Assembly (NCBI GenBank): GCA_028534125.1
Contig: CM052818.1
Location: 19,098,001 to 19,162,000, forward strand
Length of the DNA stretch: 64,000 nt
Reading direction: 5' to 3'
From: Lama glama
Taxonomy: Eukaryota
In this document: positions 1 through 13,045 of the stretch, one piece after another
Layout of the letters: each line of letters opens with the position of its first letter
Position numbering within the stretch: the stretch's first letter is position 1
Translations under genes and position numbers: made by a program
Notes under the pieces: generated by a model
Database searches by the model: none
What the model saw: only the letters and a program-made list of their open reading frames with translations
Told to the model about the DNA's origin: nothing

Positions 1-582
1 GTTTAAATTCAGGTTTCAAATATTTTCCACAAGCCCTTAAAAACCCAGCAGGCCCAGGGCATGGTGACCATAAAGAGGCATTTCGATACCTAAGGCAGCT
101 TTTCCAGAACCACCCCGGGGACTGGGCGGGAGGTCTGGGTTGGCACAGGCGTGGGGAGCCTCCATGTTGCTACACAAGCCCTCGGGAGCCATGCTGACAC
201 TGCTGGGGTGGTGAGCACAGTAGTGCTGGGCTCAGCGTGGCAGCTGTCCACCTGCCACCTGGACACTAAATATAGCCCATACACAGAGCCCTCTCTGCCT
301 GGAACCTGCAGAGTAGGCTTAATTGGCTGGAATTGCCACAGAGAGCAACTCTGTTAAAAGGAATTGAAAACAAGCTTTGCGCCACAATTCTGCGATGTGG
401 AGGTTCATAATCAGACAATGGATTTTTCCTGCCAGCAACACAATGTTGCTGAATTTAGTCACCGATAAATCCTTGATCACCTCGGTATTGAAGTCAGTCC
501 TGCGTAGGTGTCCGGGGAATACGTGCTTTCCCCAGTGACCAGACAAAGTGGGACGGTTCCCCTACAGTGTTCCGTTCCATAG

Positions 583-937
583 TGCTATAGACTCTGCATA
601 CCCCCCTAAAATTTATATATTGATGCCCTAACCTTCAGGCTTTCTTTGGAGGTTAAATGAGGTCATGAGGGTGGGGCCCCAGTTCAATATGATTACCATC
701 CTCATCAGAAGAGACACCAGAGCTCTCCCTCTCTGCTCCCCCAGGAAGGCGTCAGTGAGCACACAGCGAGATGGCGGCAGCCTGCAAGCCAAGAGAAGGG
801 ATCTCAGAATGAAACCTACCTTGCTGGCACTTTGAACTTGGACTTCTCAGCCTCCAGACCTGTGAGGAATAAATGTGTATTGTTCAAGCCATTCAGTCTG
901 TGGTGTTCTGTTATGGCAGCCTGAGCTAATAAACTCA
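583..937 (+). mobile_element. MaLR solo LTR (MLT1A/MST-like)
   Basis: Hallmark MLT1 motifs: ttaaatgaggtcatgagggtggggccc; ttggacttctcagcctccagac; aataaatg...ttcaagcca...gttatggcagc. Confidence 0.8.
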
Positions 938-1823
938 GCACCTTGCTTCTCTGTCTGTGAACCAGCACAACCCAGCCCAACCCCAGGCCCACCCAATCAG
1001 AGCCTGTGTTGTAACACTATGCGCAGGTGATTTAGAAGCACTACTTACAAGGTGTTGGGCCCTGGGGCTAGCAGTCATTTACTCCTGAGTATGAACGAGG
1101 GATCCTACTGTGGAAACTGCTGAATATCTTAGAGTATGAAAAGGAGGCACTTCAAAACTAAAAATAGCTGCTGGTCTCAGATTTGCTGAAGGTAATTTTA
1201 CACAACTCCATTCAGGGGTAGTCTGATCTTGGGCTCTGAACTCAGGTAGCCTGGGGGTGTGATGGGAAAGCCTTTAAATAGCCTTCAATTTATACAGGGA
1301 TACAGTTTCCCCAAAGGATGGGGAGTGATGTTCAGAGCACACATCTTGCCTAGTTGAAGAATTGACAGCAAACTTGGACTTTTTTTTGCCCTCTGACCTC
1401 CACATGCCCCGGGTAACTGTTGGCTTGATGGGGATTTAATCCTATGTACAGAATCTAATCAACTGCTAATGGCTGCCTGGAACGCTGCGCTGAGAAGGAT
1501 TTTAAGGCCTCTTCTGGGATCCATGAGAAATAGAACCCTGATGGATTGGCAGTGTCTTCCAAGAGCAACGAGTGGGAGTCACTATCCAGTACTTGTAGAT
1601 TCCACTCCAGTGCAAAAGGCACTTAAAACTGATACATAAAATAATTCACCAAGTGATTAGATCTGGTTCTGCTTGTAATATTATTGTTTATTTGTCACAT
1701 ATTGTCATTTATTTGCATAAATAAGATTTCCTGACTTAACTAATAAAAAAAACAAACAAACAAGAATGGTTAGAAAAAATTTTGGAAAAGAATAGGGGGA
1801 AGAATTAGTCCTATCAGACAGCA

Positions 1824-2351
1824 CCATAATTCACTGATTCTACTTTCTGTTTGTTGTTGTTTTTACAATTTAATATCTCTGAAATTGAAGTGTGTCATTG
1901 AGGTGGCAATCAGGAGATGGATGTCATCACCCATCCAAACACAAAAACACTAGCCAAGATTGTCAGTGACTTGGAAGAAAATCCCAGAGACAGTAGTGGG
2001 GTATTCTTTTAAGAAATGCTGCATCATCAAACTGGGATTCTTGAAGGCACAGAGGACAATATTGGTTGGAAAAACAAGGACATCAGTGGTCAGAATCAAA
2101 ATATGATATGAAGATATTTTAGAACTACCTTAGCCAATTCATTTTGCTTGTACCTATTTTCTTTCTTTTGTGTGTCGAAGTGTGATAAATGATAAACAGT
2201 GACCACGTAAGTCTAAAAGTACTACTTCTATAAGCATAAATTAAGGTTTTAAGTGGTAAGAAAGCATTGTGTCATGGTTTAATTGACAACAGTACATAAC
2301 ATAGTAGTGGACTTTACAACCTATGGCATCTTGGATTAAATGAAAAATAAG
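1824..2351 (+). mobile_element. Tc2/pogo-type DNA transposon remnant (Kanga1/MER104-like)
   Basis: Degenerate terminal inverted repeats (ccataattcactgattcta ... tcttggattaaatgaaaaataag). Internal transposase C-terminal remnant WKKIPETVVGYSFKKCCII...GTEDNI. Confidence 0.7.
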
Positions 2352-2399
2352 TATTCTAATTCAACAATAAATAAAACATTGTAGTACTAGAGCACAACA

Positions 2400-3570
2400 C
2401 ATTCATTCATTCATGTCATCAACAAGTACTTGTGGAGTACTTAGTATATGCCCCTTCTAGACACAGAAAAGTGTCAGTAAAAGAAAATAACAAGTCTCTG
2501 CCCTTGGGGGGCTTTCATGCTGGCAAGAGTAGGTAGGTATTAAATACATAATATTTCAGCTTTCAAAAGTACAGAGTAAGAGGACAGAAGGTTACAGTGC
2601 AGGGTGGGATTTTCATTTTATCTAACAGTGTTAGGGAAGACCTTCCCAGAAGGTGCCACTTGAGTGGAGACTTTGAAGAGGTGAAGGAGAGAGCCATAGG
2701 TATAGGTGGAGAAAGAGAATTGTAAGTAAAGAAAGTAGCATGTGCTAGGGCCCTGAGGCAGGAGTCATCTTGGTATAGTCAAGGAACAGAAGGGGACTAG
2801 TGTGGCTGGATCTCACAAGAGAGTGGGTGCAGGGAAGAGGATAAAGTTCTGAGAGGTAGCTGGGGCCAGATCAGGAAGATCCTGGGGATTTTTAAGGGGC
2901 TTTGGGAGCCACTGGGAAGTTCTGAGCAGAGGAGGACAGGATCTGACTACATTTTAAAAGATTCACTCTGGCTGCTGAGGGGAGAATAGTCTTGGGGAGA
3001 GGGGTGGAATAGGGCTGTCACAGAAAGATTGGTTAGGAAGCTATTGCCATAACTCAGGTAGGAGGCAATGGGGTATTGATGGAGGTGGTGGGAGCTGATG
3101 GGATTCTGGAGATATTTGTGGGCAGAGCTAACAAGACTTGATAGAGTAGATGTAGAGAAGAAGAGAGGAGTCGAGACTTGAAGATTTTTGACTTGAGCTA
3201 TGAAAAGCAAGAAGCTGCTGTTTCTTGAGTGGGAAACATTGTGGAAGAAGCAGGTTCTGGGACAGGTAAGGAGTTTAGATTAGGAAATATTAAGTTTGAA
3301 ATGCAGATTAATCCTTCAAGTGGAGACCGAGAGGCCAGCTGGCTACTGGAGTCTGGAGTTCAGGGGAGAGGTCTGGGCCAGAGAAGGAACTGTCACACAC
3401 TATCCACGCACAGCTAATGTTTAAAACTGTGAAGCTGGATGCAATCTGTTTGGCAGAGGGAAGAGGGAATGTACCAGGTTAGAGCAGGAGGGGGATGATG
3501 CCATGATACCGAGGAGGGAAGAGGAGGAGAAGCCAGAAAAGGAGGCAGAGAGGGAGCGGCCAGAAACCCA
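2400..3570 (-). mobile_element. L2 LINE fragment including the 3' end
   Basis: attcattcattca...caacaagtact tail followed by typical L2 antisense body sequence. Confidence 0.8.
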
Positions 3571-3619
3571 GGTGAGAAACACAAGAGGACCCTCTCCAGC
3601 TGTGTCTCTAGAGTGTGCC

Positions 3620-4330
3620 TGCAGTAGACCCACGGGCCAAAACAGAAATCCTGGAAATAGACCCCAATATTTAGAGAAATCCAGTCTCCCGTATAGTCAG
3701 GATTTCAAACCAGTGGGGGAAAAGGAATTATTCAATAAATGGAGTTGGGAAAAAAATGAATTTGGATCAGGATAAATTTCATATGTGTCCAATATCTAAA
3801 TGTATAAACAAATAAAAGGTAAAAACATACTAGAGGAAACCACAGGGAAAAGAGTTTTGAATAATCTTTAGTTGGTGTCAAACAAAAATTAAAAAGTTCT
3901 AAAAGAGAATAAATGTGCCAACATAATAATAAAAACTATCTGCATGACAAAAACCATCTTTAAGAAGTCAAGCAAGTGACAAATTAGGAAAAATATTTAC
4001 TACTCATTTAGGGCTAATTTCCATTATGTGTTGAGTTCCTAAATGAAAAAAAAATAATAATAGCAATAAAAGAACAATATCCAATAGAACCGTGGGTAAA
4101 GATCGTGCACCAACCACTCAAGGAAAGGCAAATACAATTGGCTTCTAAGCCTCTGAAAGATGCTCAGATTCACTCACAGTAAGAGAAATGCAAATTAAAA
4201 CTACAGAAGGGAACAGTTGTCATCAACTGAATTATTAAAAAAATGAAAGTTTGATAAAATACTGTATCGGGGAGGGAAAGGGGCTCTCATTCCCTGCGAT
4301 GGGAGTGTCTATGATCGGTAAGGTCACCGT
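3620..4330 (+). mobile_element. Old L1 (L1ME-like) ORF2 3' fragment
   Basis: gaaatagaccc..., ttattcaataaatgg, aagatgctcagattcactcacagtaagagaaatgcaaattaaaactaca. Confidence 0.75.
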
Positions 4331-4659
4331 GGAGCTGGATAGGGGGCGACAGTAGCTGTGCTCTAGAGAAACGGCCACTGACCTCTGCCACTGAGTTGTG
4401 GCTATCAGCCTTGCAATGTAATCCCTCCAGCAAATTCCTCTACTGATTTAAGCTAGCCAGAACCCATTTCTATTGCTAGCAACCAAAAGAGCCTTAATTA
4501 ATAAGCAAGAATCAGAGGTGGGATTTGAATTTTAGACTCCAAAGTCCTGTTCTTCTCCACTATAAAACACCATGACTCCTGGGAACCATTTATTCACCCT
4601 AACAAATAGATACATCCTCTGCTCTCTTTTCTAAAACGGCTTTTACTGAGATCATAATC

Positions 4660-4975
4660 AGCCCAGATCAGTCTGGCCATCCCACTGGAAAGACCATGTG
4701 AAGAGGGTGAGCCCCTGGGATGACACAGAGAGGCTCAGCCATCCCAGTGTTCCAGCTGAGATGTTCCTGCCAAGATGCAGACGCGAGAGTGAACCCACCT
4801 TGAATGTTTCAGCTCCAGTGGAGCCACCTGAGAAAGCCCCAAGCAAGACCAGCAGAGGGACCACCTGGCTAAGCCCCAGGCACCTCATAGCACTGTGAGA
4901 AATAATAAGATGGTGATTGTTTTAAGCTACTGGGTTTGGGGATGGTTTGTGATGCAGCAATAGATAACTAAAATA
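4660..4975 (+). mobile_element. MaLR LTR (MLT1F/G/H-like)
   Basis: Ends in tgttttaagctactgggtttggggatggtttgtgatgcagcaatagataactaaaata. Confidence 0.75.
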
Positions 4976-4979
4976 GACA

Positions 4980-5790
4980 GCTTCTTTGGAAAGGTGGCAT
5001 ATAAGATGAGAACTGAAAGTCTGAGGGGAAGTGTGGGGTGGGGGACACCCCGGGGAAAGGAAGGCCAAGGCAGAGGGATCAGGAAAGAGCCTGGTGCATT
5101 TGAGGAGCTGTAAGAGGCCAGCGTGGCTCAGATGCACGGTGATGGAGAGGGTGGTACCAGGTGAGGTGAGATCGGGAGGCAAGACCTGATGATACAGGGC
5201 CTTGCAGGTCTTAGAAGTGTCCTGGACTTCATTCCAACTGCCTCGGACATCACCGAAGGGTTTTAAGCTGAGGCATGACATGATCTGATGTGAAGTTTCC
5301 AGATGTCTCTCTGGCTGCTGTGTGGGAGGATGGATTAGAGGTAGGTGACAGGAAAGCCAGGAAGGCCAACTGGAGAGCCTGTAGCCATCCCTGCTTGAGT
5401 GAGGGTGGCGGAAACGAGGGTGGGAGAAGCAGAGGAGCTCAGTGCACATTTTTGGGGGGAAATACAGAATTTGGTGATGGACTGGATGTAGAGTATGAAT
5501 GAGAAGAAAGTGCCAAAAATGACTCCCAGCTCCCTGACTTGACAACTGGGTGGAGGCTGGTGCCATTTCCTGAGATGGGGAAGACTGTGGGAGGATGAGA
5601 TTTGGGTCAGGGGTGCAGATCAAGGGTTTGCTTTTGCACATATTATGCTGGAAATGTCAGGAAGCTATCAAGTGGAGATGTGTGTTGGCAGTTGAATATA
5701 TAAGTTTACATTTTTGAAAAGTGATCTGGGCCAGGGATATACTTTTGGGAGTCATCAGCCTACAGATGACATTTAAATGCGATTTCCCAG
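4980..5790 (-). mobile_element. L2 LINE fragment
   Basis: L2 antisense motifs, e.g. ggttttaagc...gacatgatctga and ggagtcatcagc. Confidence 0.75.
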
Positions 5791-7069
5791 AGAGGGAGGG
5801 GGAGAGAGAGAAAAGTTCCAAGGGACGCGAACATTAGACGCCTGGAGAGGAGGGAACCCTGGGAAACAGCCTATGTGATAACCTGGGACTTCCCTTTGGA
5901 GCTCAGGAAGCAAGTTAAAGATATTTCTACGGATAGCTGCTTGTGTATTTGGAGACGAGGTGGCGATCCCCTAAGTATCCTCCTTTGGGATACATTTCCA
6001 AGTTTCTTGTGTCCTTCCTTATAAGGCAGGCACGTACGTCCTTCACCGCAGGGGCCATTCTCCACAAGAAGTTCCTTTAACTGAGTATAAATGTCCAGGT
6101 GAGACTGACCAGCCCAGAGAGGAAAAAGACCAGCTGATCGATGCAAGAGACACTAAACAGAGAGACTTGGGGATAGCTGAGGACAGATGGGCCACTCATG
6201 GTTGTCACTGAAAGATTTTTCCATTGATTTTCCCATCTCTGGGAAAGGGCTGAGGATTCAGAGAAAGCCCACGAGCAATTGAGTGAGCTCAGGCACTCTA
6301 TTACCGCGTGACAGGCTCAGTGGCAGAGAACTAGATTGTTTCCCAGGGCCAAAAAATAAATAGTGTGAAACTTCTAACGAGAGTGTCAGAGGGCCACTTG
6401 CCTGCTTTATGGCAAGAACTGAAGATGGATTGTTTGGGAAAAGCTGAAACCTATAAACACAGAGCAGAAACATTCTCCATCTTTTGCTCATTTACTCCAC
6501 AAACTTTTTCATTGCTGAGATGCCACGGCCTGAATAAATTTACAAGCTGCACAATTGTTCTGTTCCAAGACCTGGCTGGAACAGGAGGCCTGCATTTTAT
6601 ACCAATGCCATTCAGATTCACCCTATGAACTTTTTGCTCGTTACTACACATTGCGCCCAGACATCTAAGGAACAATAAACATGTGCGTGCACACACACAC
6701 GCACACACAATCACTGCACCACACCCCACCGAGACTCCTGGATATGGAGTTTGGAAACCTGTACTCGGTTTTACTTTGGCAAGAAAGCCTTCGTTCCTCC
6801 CCTCCTTTTCTTTCTCTTTTCACGGCTACCCAGTGTGGATGGAATCTGTGCAGGGACAGAGACCTGGTCAGAATAACCACACAGAGATTCCCCGCGAGAA
6901 ACCAACAGCGTTACTGAGAACTGGGTTGGTTTGTCTTATAAGATGCTCCAATGTGAAGAGGGAAGGGGACTAGAGAGAGAAGGGACCATGATTATCTGGA
7001 TGTTTTAAAGAGAGGCTTGGCTTTTCCTTGGGCTCAAGGGAAGGAGTGTGTGAAGATAATCTTTCTAGA

Positions 7070-7256
7070 TCAGTGATTCTCAAAGTGTGGTTCCCTAGCC
7101 CAGCAGCAGCAGCTTCACCTAGAAACTTGTTACCAATGCAAATTCTCGGGCACCACCCATACGTCCTGAATCAGCCTCTGGGGGTGGGGCCCGGCGATCT
7201 GTTTAACAAGCCCTGCTAGGAGCCTGGTGCACACTCTTGTGCTAGAGAAACTCTGC
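7070..7256. mobile_element. MER5A (hAT-Charlie MITE)
   Basis: cagtgattctcaaagtgtggt...gaaacttgtta..aatgcaaattctcggg...tttaacaagccct. Confidence 0.8.
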
Positions 7257-8353
7257 TCTAGCGGTATGACTTTCTTTCCAGTCATGAACGACACATTTAT
7301 GCTCTGTTAGGTATTCTGTGCATATAACTTTATATTTGGGAAGCAAGGGGGAAAACTTCTTTTTGTAACACAAAGTACAGAATATTTGTGGGGACAAGAA
7401 GAGGGAACACTATGGTACATTAGAATCCCAGAGACAGAGTTTTACGTTCACCAAAGTGGGGCAGGGTTAATAAAGGCCATGAAACCCTGATTTAGAGAAA
7501 AGAAGGAAAGTCTTTCCAAGGCAGGTCCTGAGAGTTCACTCAGTTCCTGGGGTCCACACAGCAGGGCCTGTGAGAGAAGGCCCAGAATTCATCCCTGCCC
7601 CAGAGCCAGGGCCTGGAACAGATTTCCTTAAGGTCTGTTAGTTACCCAGCAGACCTTATGGGCAAGTAGTGAGCATGTGCACGTGTGTTCTCACCTATGT
7701 GTGTGCCTAGGGGATGGGCAGGGGGAGAAATAAGAAGCAGCAGGAAACACCTGTGATCCCACCACCACCAGCAGCTCCAAGCATCCAGCTCTCAACCCCA
7801 GAGGTGGCGTGGTCTGCAGTATCGCAGACCCCAGAGTGCAAAGGGGGTTGATTGCTGGTTTCCAGAGGCTCCAAGGATGGTTCCTGAGCTACTTCCTCAC
7901 TAGCGATACATCCCAAATTCAGTGGCCCCACCCCAGAGATCCTGATTCCATTGGAGCGTCTGATAGGTCTTGTCATCCAGTGTTGACTAGCTACTAAGTA
8001 GCAGTGAGACAGAAGGGACAGCCTAGTGAGAACTGTCACTGACAGACACAGAGTGGTATTTGTTGGGACAGCAAATGCTGGGTTGTTAGTTGATCCTGGG
8101 GGTGCCTGGGGTGGCCTTGTCAGCCTGGATCATAGACATGCTACCTATTCTTTTTAGAAGGGAGGCGTCACAGGGCCAGGGCAGCCAGGTCTCTGGGTTG
8201 AGAAAGAAGCTTGGGAGAGTCGGCAGAGGGAATGAAGCCTCTGTACGCCCACTGAAAGGTCAGAGAGGTGTTTCTGCAATACCGATCGTAATCCCTACAG
8301 GTCAGTGTACAGGGCATTTGATCAATTCTGTCAAGCCTCTCTCCTAGAAAACT

Positions 8354-8556
8354 GCAGTGCTCTTCAACACAGCCTTCCGTGATCATGGAAACGTTCTGTA
8401 TCTGTGCTGTGTGATGAGGTAGCCACTAGCTTCATGTGGCTATGGGGAACTTGAAATGCGGCTAGTGCAACAGAAACTGATTTTTACACTTTATTTAATT
8501 TACGTAAATGTAGGTTTCAATACTCTTTCAGGGCTATGACTGCCATATTGCACAGC
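8354..8556. mobile_element. MER3-like hAT MITE
   Basis: tgatcatggaaacgttctgtatctgtgctgt...gtagccactagc..catgtggcta...acttgaaatg. Confidence 0.75.
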
Positions 8557-10534
8557 CTACCCTAGCAAGAATCTCAAATTATCAATCACATCTCAATGCT
8601 GGGATGGAGGCAGCCTGCCAAGGGGCCTGCCCTGGATGAAATGGCTGCTTTTTCCTGCCCCTGGGGAGGGTCTGGGTGCTTTGTAAACCAGAGGCTGCAG
8701 ATGTGATGCATCCTGTCTCCTCCTGGTTCTTCTCTGCTCTGAGAAGAAGGGCAGCCTCCGCTCTGGGATGACGTCTCCCAGTTGTTTCACAGCAACCTCT
8801 CCTGTTGCAGGGCTGTCAGCCTTCCTGGTTCAAGGTCAAGGGACCCAACCGCGGCTGGGATGCAGGCCCTGCTCTGCAGCTGCGGAAGGAACGTGAGGGG
8901 GCAAGATGGGCACTGGAATCGCGTGTCCCTCACTTGGAGCAAACCTCTCTATCGCTCCCTCACGCTGGTCTCCCCACTTCCCACTTCAAAGATAGAAAGG
9001 AAGATTTGACAGAGAATAAAATAAAGCTCTTCTAGATGCTGACATTTTTAAAAGGCAAGTGCACAGACACTGTAAACATCCAGTTGTGGAGAAAAAACTA
9101 TGAACTTTCAGCTAGCCAAACAGGGTTGCCCCAAGCAGTCAAACAGAATCCATGGGAATAAAAATCCCTCACGTGGGCAGAAAGTGGCCTTCAATGACTT
9201 CAGACAGATTCAGCACTTCTCTGCTGAGGCTGGCAGAAGTCTCCCAACTTCAGCTTCCTCCTTGGCTGCCCCCGGCAAGGCTAAAGCCTGCAGCACTGGC
9301 CCCAAGCCCCAGTCCTGCCAGAGCCTAGGGCATAGGGCCAGGGACAGGCACACATCTAGGTGAGGGAGAGGGGGCTGGGCTGGACAGGGGGCAGGTTGTG
9401 ACCCTAGAGGCCACAGAACACAGAGTTGAGGAGGAAAGGGGCACTAAACTCTAGTATTCAATACCAGGAATGTCAGGAAGGGTAGGAGGAGACGAGTGAC
9501 TCTGGTCTCTGGCTCCTTGAAAGTGGGTCCCAGGGGACGTGGTTGTTCTCAGCTAGAATGGTCCTGGCCCTCCTGGCAGGAGATGGTGTCTGGCAACGCC
9601 ACCCAGCAACAGCCAGCTTTTCTGGTGCTATCTTTCCAGGGGTGAGAGCCTGGGTGTTCTTCTCAGGACATTAGAAAAGACTTCCTCTCTGACTGGGCTA
9701 AGGGTGATACACGTGAAGGGAACAAGGGCACGCTGAGGACTTGGGGAGAAGCAGGCTGCTGAGAATATAGTAACAAAAGTCACTCCTCCCTCCTATCTTC
9801 ACAAACCAGCCCCCACTGTCTAAAACAGAGAACAGTCCCACGGGCATCTCCAAAGAGCCACGCACCAATGCTCTGGTGATGACAGCCCAGAACAATGACT
9901 GGGTGGATCTAGCTCTTAAGGTCAGAAGTAGAGCTTCTGATGGTTTAAGGATAAAGAGCAGCAGAAGAACTATGAACAGAGGACAGTCAGCCATGTAGCT
10001 TTGGAAAGGCTGATGATGAGGGATGACAAAGATCTCAAGCCCAGGGCTACAGCAAGAGGCAAAGCCTGGTGTCTGGAACCACCCGCACCTCCCTCCTTCT
10101 CCTAGAGAGGCTGGGTGCTGGCAGGTCAGTGGCTCATGGTGTGACTCATGTCTCCCTGCCTGGGATGCTGGCAGCCACCCCACTCCCTCAGCCCGCCCTC
10201 ACAGGCCTGCTTGAGACAAGACTGCTCACTCCTTTTATTTATTCCCTGTTCCTCAACCATCTCTCCTCACCCCAGTCCATGACTGATGTGCTCCCACCAC
10301 CCCAGGGAGTGCTGGGAGGACATCACCACCACTGCAATTATTATCTGGATCATTCAGTCCCAAAAGAGTCTCTCTACTCCCCAGCATCAGTTTTGTTTTG
10401 AAATTATCCACATCACTCCAGTGATTCAGATGCATGGTCTACACAGTGGGAATGAATCCTTAGCCACTGGTTTCCTCTGGTTGTGAAGGTCAGTGCTGGG
10501 CTGGCTAGGAATTGCTGCATATTGGCAACTTCAC

Positions 10535-11113
10535 TCTGGGAAGCCACTAGGAACCCCAGAATTGGCACAACAATTATTTTCAGCTGAAGACACTTGAGAT
10601 TCAACAGATGTAGAAAGAAGCCTTCTTGGAGCTTCCCTTGTCTGACTAAAAGCAGACACTTCTGAGAAATCAGGACTGCCATACATTTGAGATGGGTCTG
10701 CTTCTAGGAGAGAGACCAAGAGCAAATCTACCATAATTTTTCAATCTACCAACTCTCTGTGGGAGAGTTTTATGGCCCTGAAGGAGAGGGAATGACCATT
10801 CATACCTCCATAGACAAACATGACCACAAATTTTCTTATCTTTTATTCTCCTAAAAAAACCATTTGTCTTTCCTAAAGAAACCTATTTGTTCTTCCCACA
10901 GAAGCTTTTTCTCTCCTCTCCATTTCCTCTACTAAGTTAGGTTTAAGCCCTAAATTCTAATCACCCTTTTGAGCTGCTCAATACCGAGCACTTCCATGTG
11001 TATGCATGATGCACCTAAACATTTTCTTCCTGTTAATGTCTGTTGTCATTTTAATTCACAGGCCTCTGTTACAGAGCCTATGAGGGTAGAGGAAAAGTTT
11101 TTCCTTCACTACA
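10535..11113 (+). mobile_element. ERV1 solo LTR (MER34/MER39-like)
   Basis: ttggca...attattttcagctgaag near the 5' end; 3' end gagggtagaggaaaagtttttccttcactaCA. Possible 4-bp TSD TCAC. Confidence 0.7.
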
Positions 11114-12769
11114 TCACCATCCTCTCCTACCCCGGAAACATGGTTATTTTATAGCTAATGGGATCTTAGAAATGAATTCATCCAGTGACACACACAAGAA
11201 GCATCAGCATCTTTTAAAACACTGGTCCACGCTCCAGGGATATCTACCAGTAGGACTAGCACTAGATGTGAGCACCCACTCACATGCGTGCACTTCCTCT
11301 CCTGCACACAGAAGGGTCTAACTCCCTGCACAGACATTTAAGGCTCCCTGAGTCTGTCCAAAACCCTCCAAACCTATCACCTGTGTCCTTGAGCTCTCCT
11401 TTCAGCTTTTTGGTCGGACTATTATTCCAGCCTGACATGCCCTCACCAGTCCTCACATCTCCTCCTCTTGGAAGCATCTCAGTCCATATTCCTGCTTCCC
11501 CACCCGCTGCTGCCCCTCAATCCCAGCCTAGTTCATAGGGAGCCCTTCCTCCACCAACCTTCCCTGCCTGTGCCCTGAGCAAGTTGCCACCTGCCTGAAA
11601 GCTCACACAGCATTGTGACATTGACTTTGGGATTCTACAGGCTGTATGTCTCTTATTTTGGAAGCTCCAGGAGGGCAGGAGGTCTTCCCAGTCTTCCAGG
11701 GGCTCTTACCCATAGAGGTCGCTGAATAAATATGAGGATGACATATGCACCGGCTTCTCCCCGTGGACCAGCCTCAGGACATACATGCTTCACCTTCGGA
11801 TCTTTGCTTTGGGAATTTCCCAAACTGGGCTCCTTTACAGACTAAACTCTGACATTTTCCATTTGTGTAAATGTTCACAAAAAGACAGAAAGGCCGACCT
11901 GCTCTCCAAACAGACCAGTGAGGAACAGGGACTGAGTAAGTGCTGGAGGCTGAGGGAGGGGACTGTCCCTGCACCCCAGGCTGACCAAGAGAATGTAGGA
12001 AACATATAAGGAGTAGTGAAAGAGGATGAATGGTGTCAGCAGACAGAACAGGAAAATTCAAACTTGTGATTCTAAAACAACTCAGGGAGCCAATTAAGAG
12101 CCCAGCTCCCTTCTGCCAGTTTCATCTGCAAGGACACAGTTGGCTGGAGACAGGTGGGCTGCCAAGCACGGACACCTGGGAGGGCGGATATTGGCCTGCG
12201 GGCTCCCGCTGTCTCCTGCACACTCAAAAGGGCACAGCCAGCCCAGCGCGGCTGCCCAGCTGGGAGGGCAGTCTTCACCATCTGCCCACCCCTAGGGGTG
12301 CAGGTACCTCCCGGCTAGTGGCAAAGGGAGGGTTCAGCCCAGAAACCAGTCCTCCTGATGTCTCTGTTCCCTAGAAGTGCTCCTCCAGGAGAGTAGGTGA
12401 GGAGGTAGCTGGGATCTGTAGCAGCTGCTGGCAACTTGGGAGGTTTAGGGCAAGCAGCTCCCCATAGTGACCTACAATCTAAAGCAAAGCAGCCATGACC
12501 AGGGGTTCAGGGCAGCTCCAGGTGAGGGATGGGAGCAGCTGCCTCTCTTCCACTCCCCACTGCTATAGTCACAACTCTCCTCTCTTTAAAAACCTGCACT
12601 TTGCCTCCAATGTCTGGCCCCTTCCCTCCTCCCCTGCTTCATCTCCTGCCTCCCCCACATGCTTATTTCCCCCTCACCCCTTGCACTAAATTTCTTTCCA
12701 TTTCCTACACAGTCATTTCTGGGACTCAGTGTCGTCTTCTTGCTATTCCCTCTATCAGCAGTACCCTTT

Positions 12770-13045
12770 CCCTGATGCCTGGTAAACTCCTATGCATGCC
12801 TCAAGACCCAGCTTAAATGTTCCTTCTTTAGTGAAGCCCTTCCCAACTCCACTATACACTCAGTCTTGCCACTATTATGGTACTTATTACATTGTTTGGT
12901 AACTCTTTGCTTACATCTGTCTTGTTGCCTCTCACATCTAAATAATGAGGTCCTTGAAGGTAGTGATTATTTCTTTAAATTCACTATGTACCACAGTGTC
13001 TAGTACATAGAGGTTGTCAATAAATACTTGTTGAATGAATGAAGA
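12770..13045 (+). mobile_element. L2 3' end
   Basis: cacagtgtctagtacatag...caataaatacttgttgaatgaatgaa. Confidence 0.75.

Noticed and set aside
4922..5641. 239-aa minus-strand ORF
   Set aside because: Lies within a decayed L2; chance open frame.
6017..6026. CArG box CCTTATAAGG
   Set aside because: An isolated 10-mer like this is expected by chance in 64 kb, and there is no supporting context.
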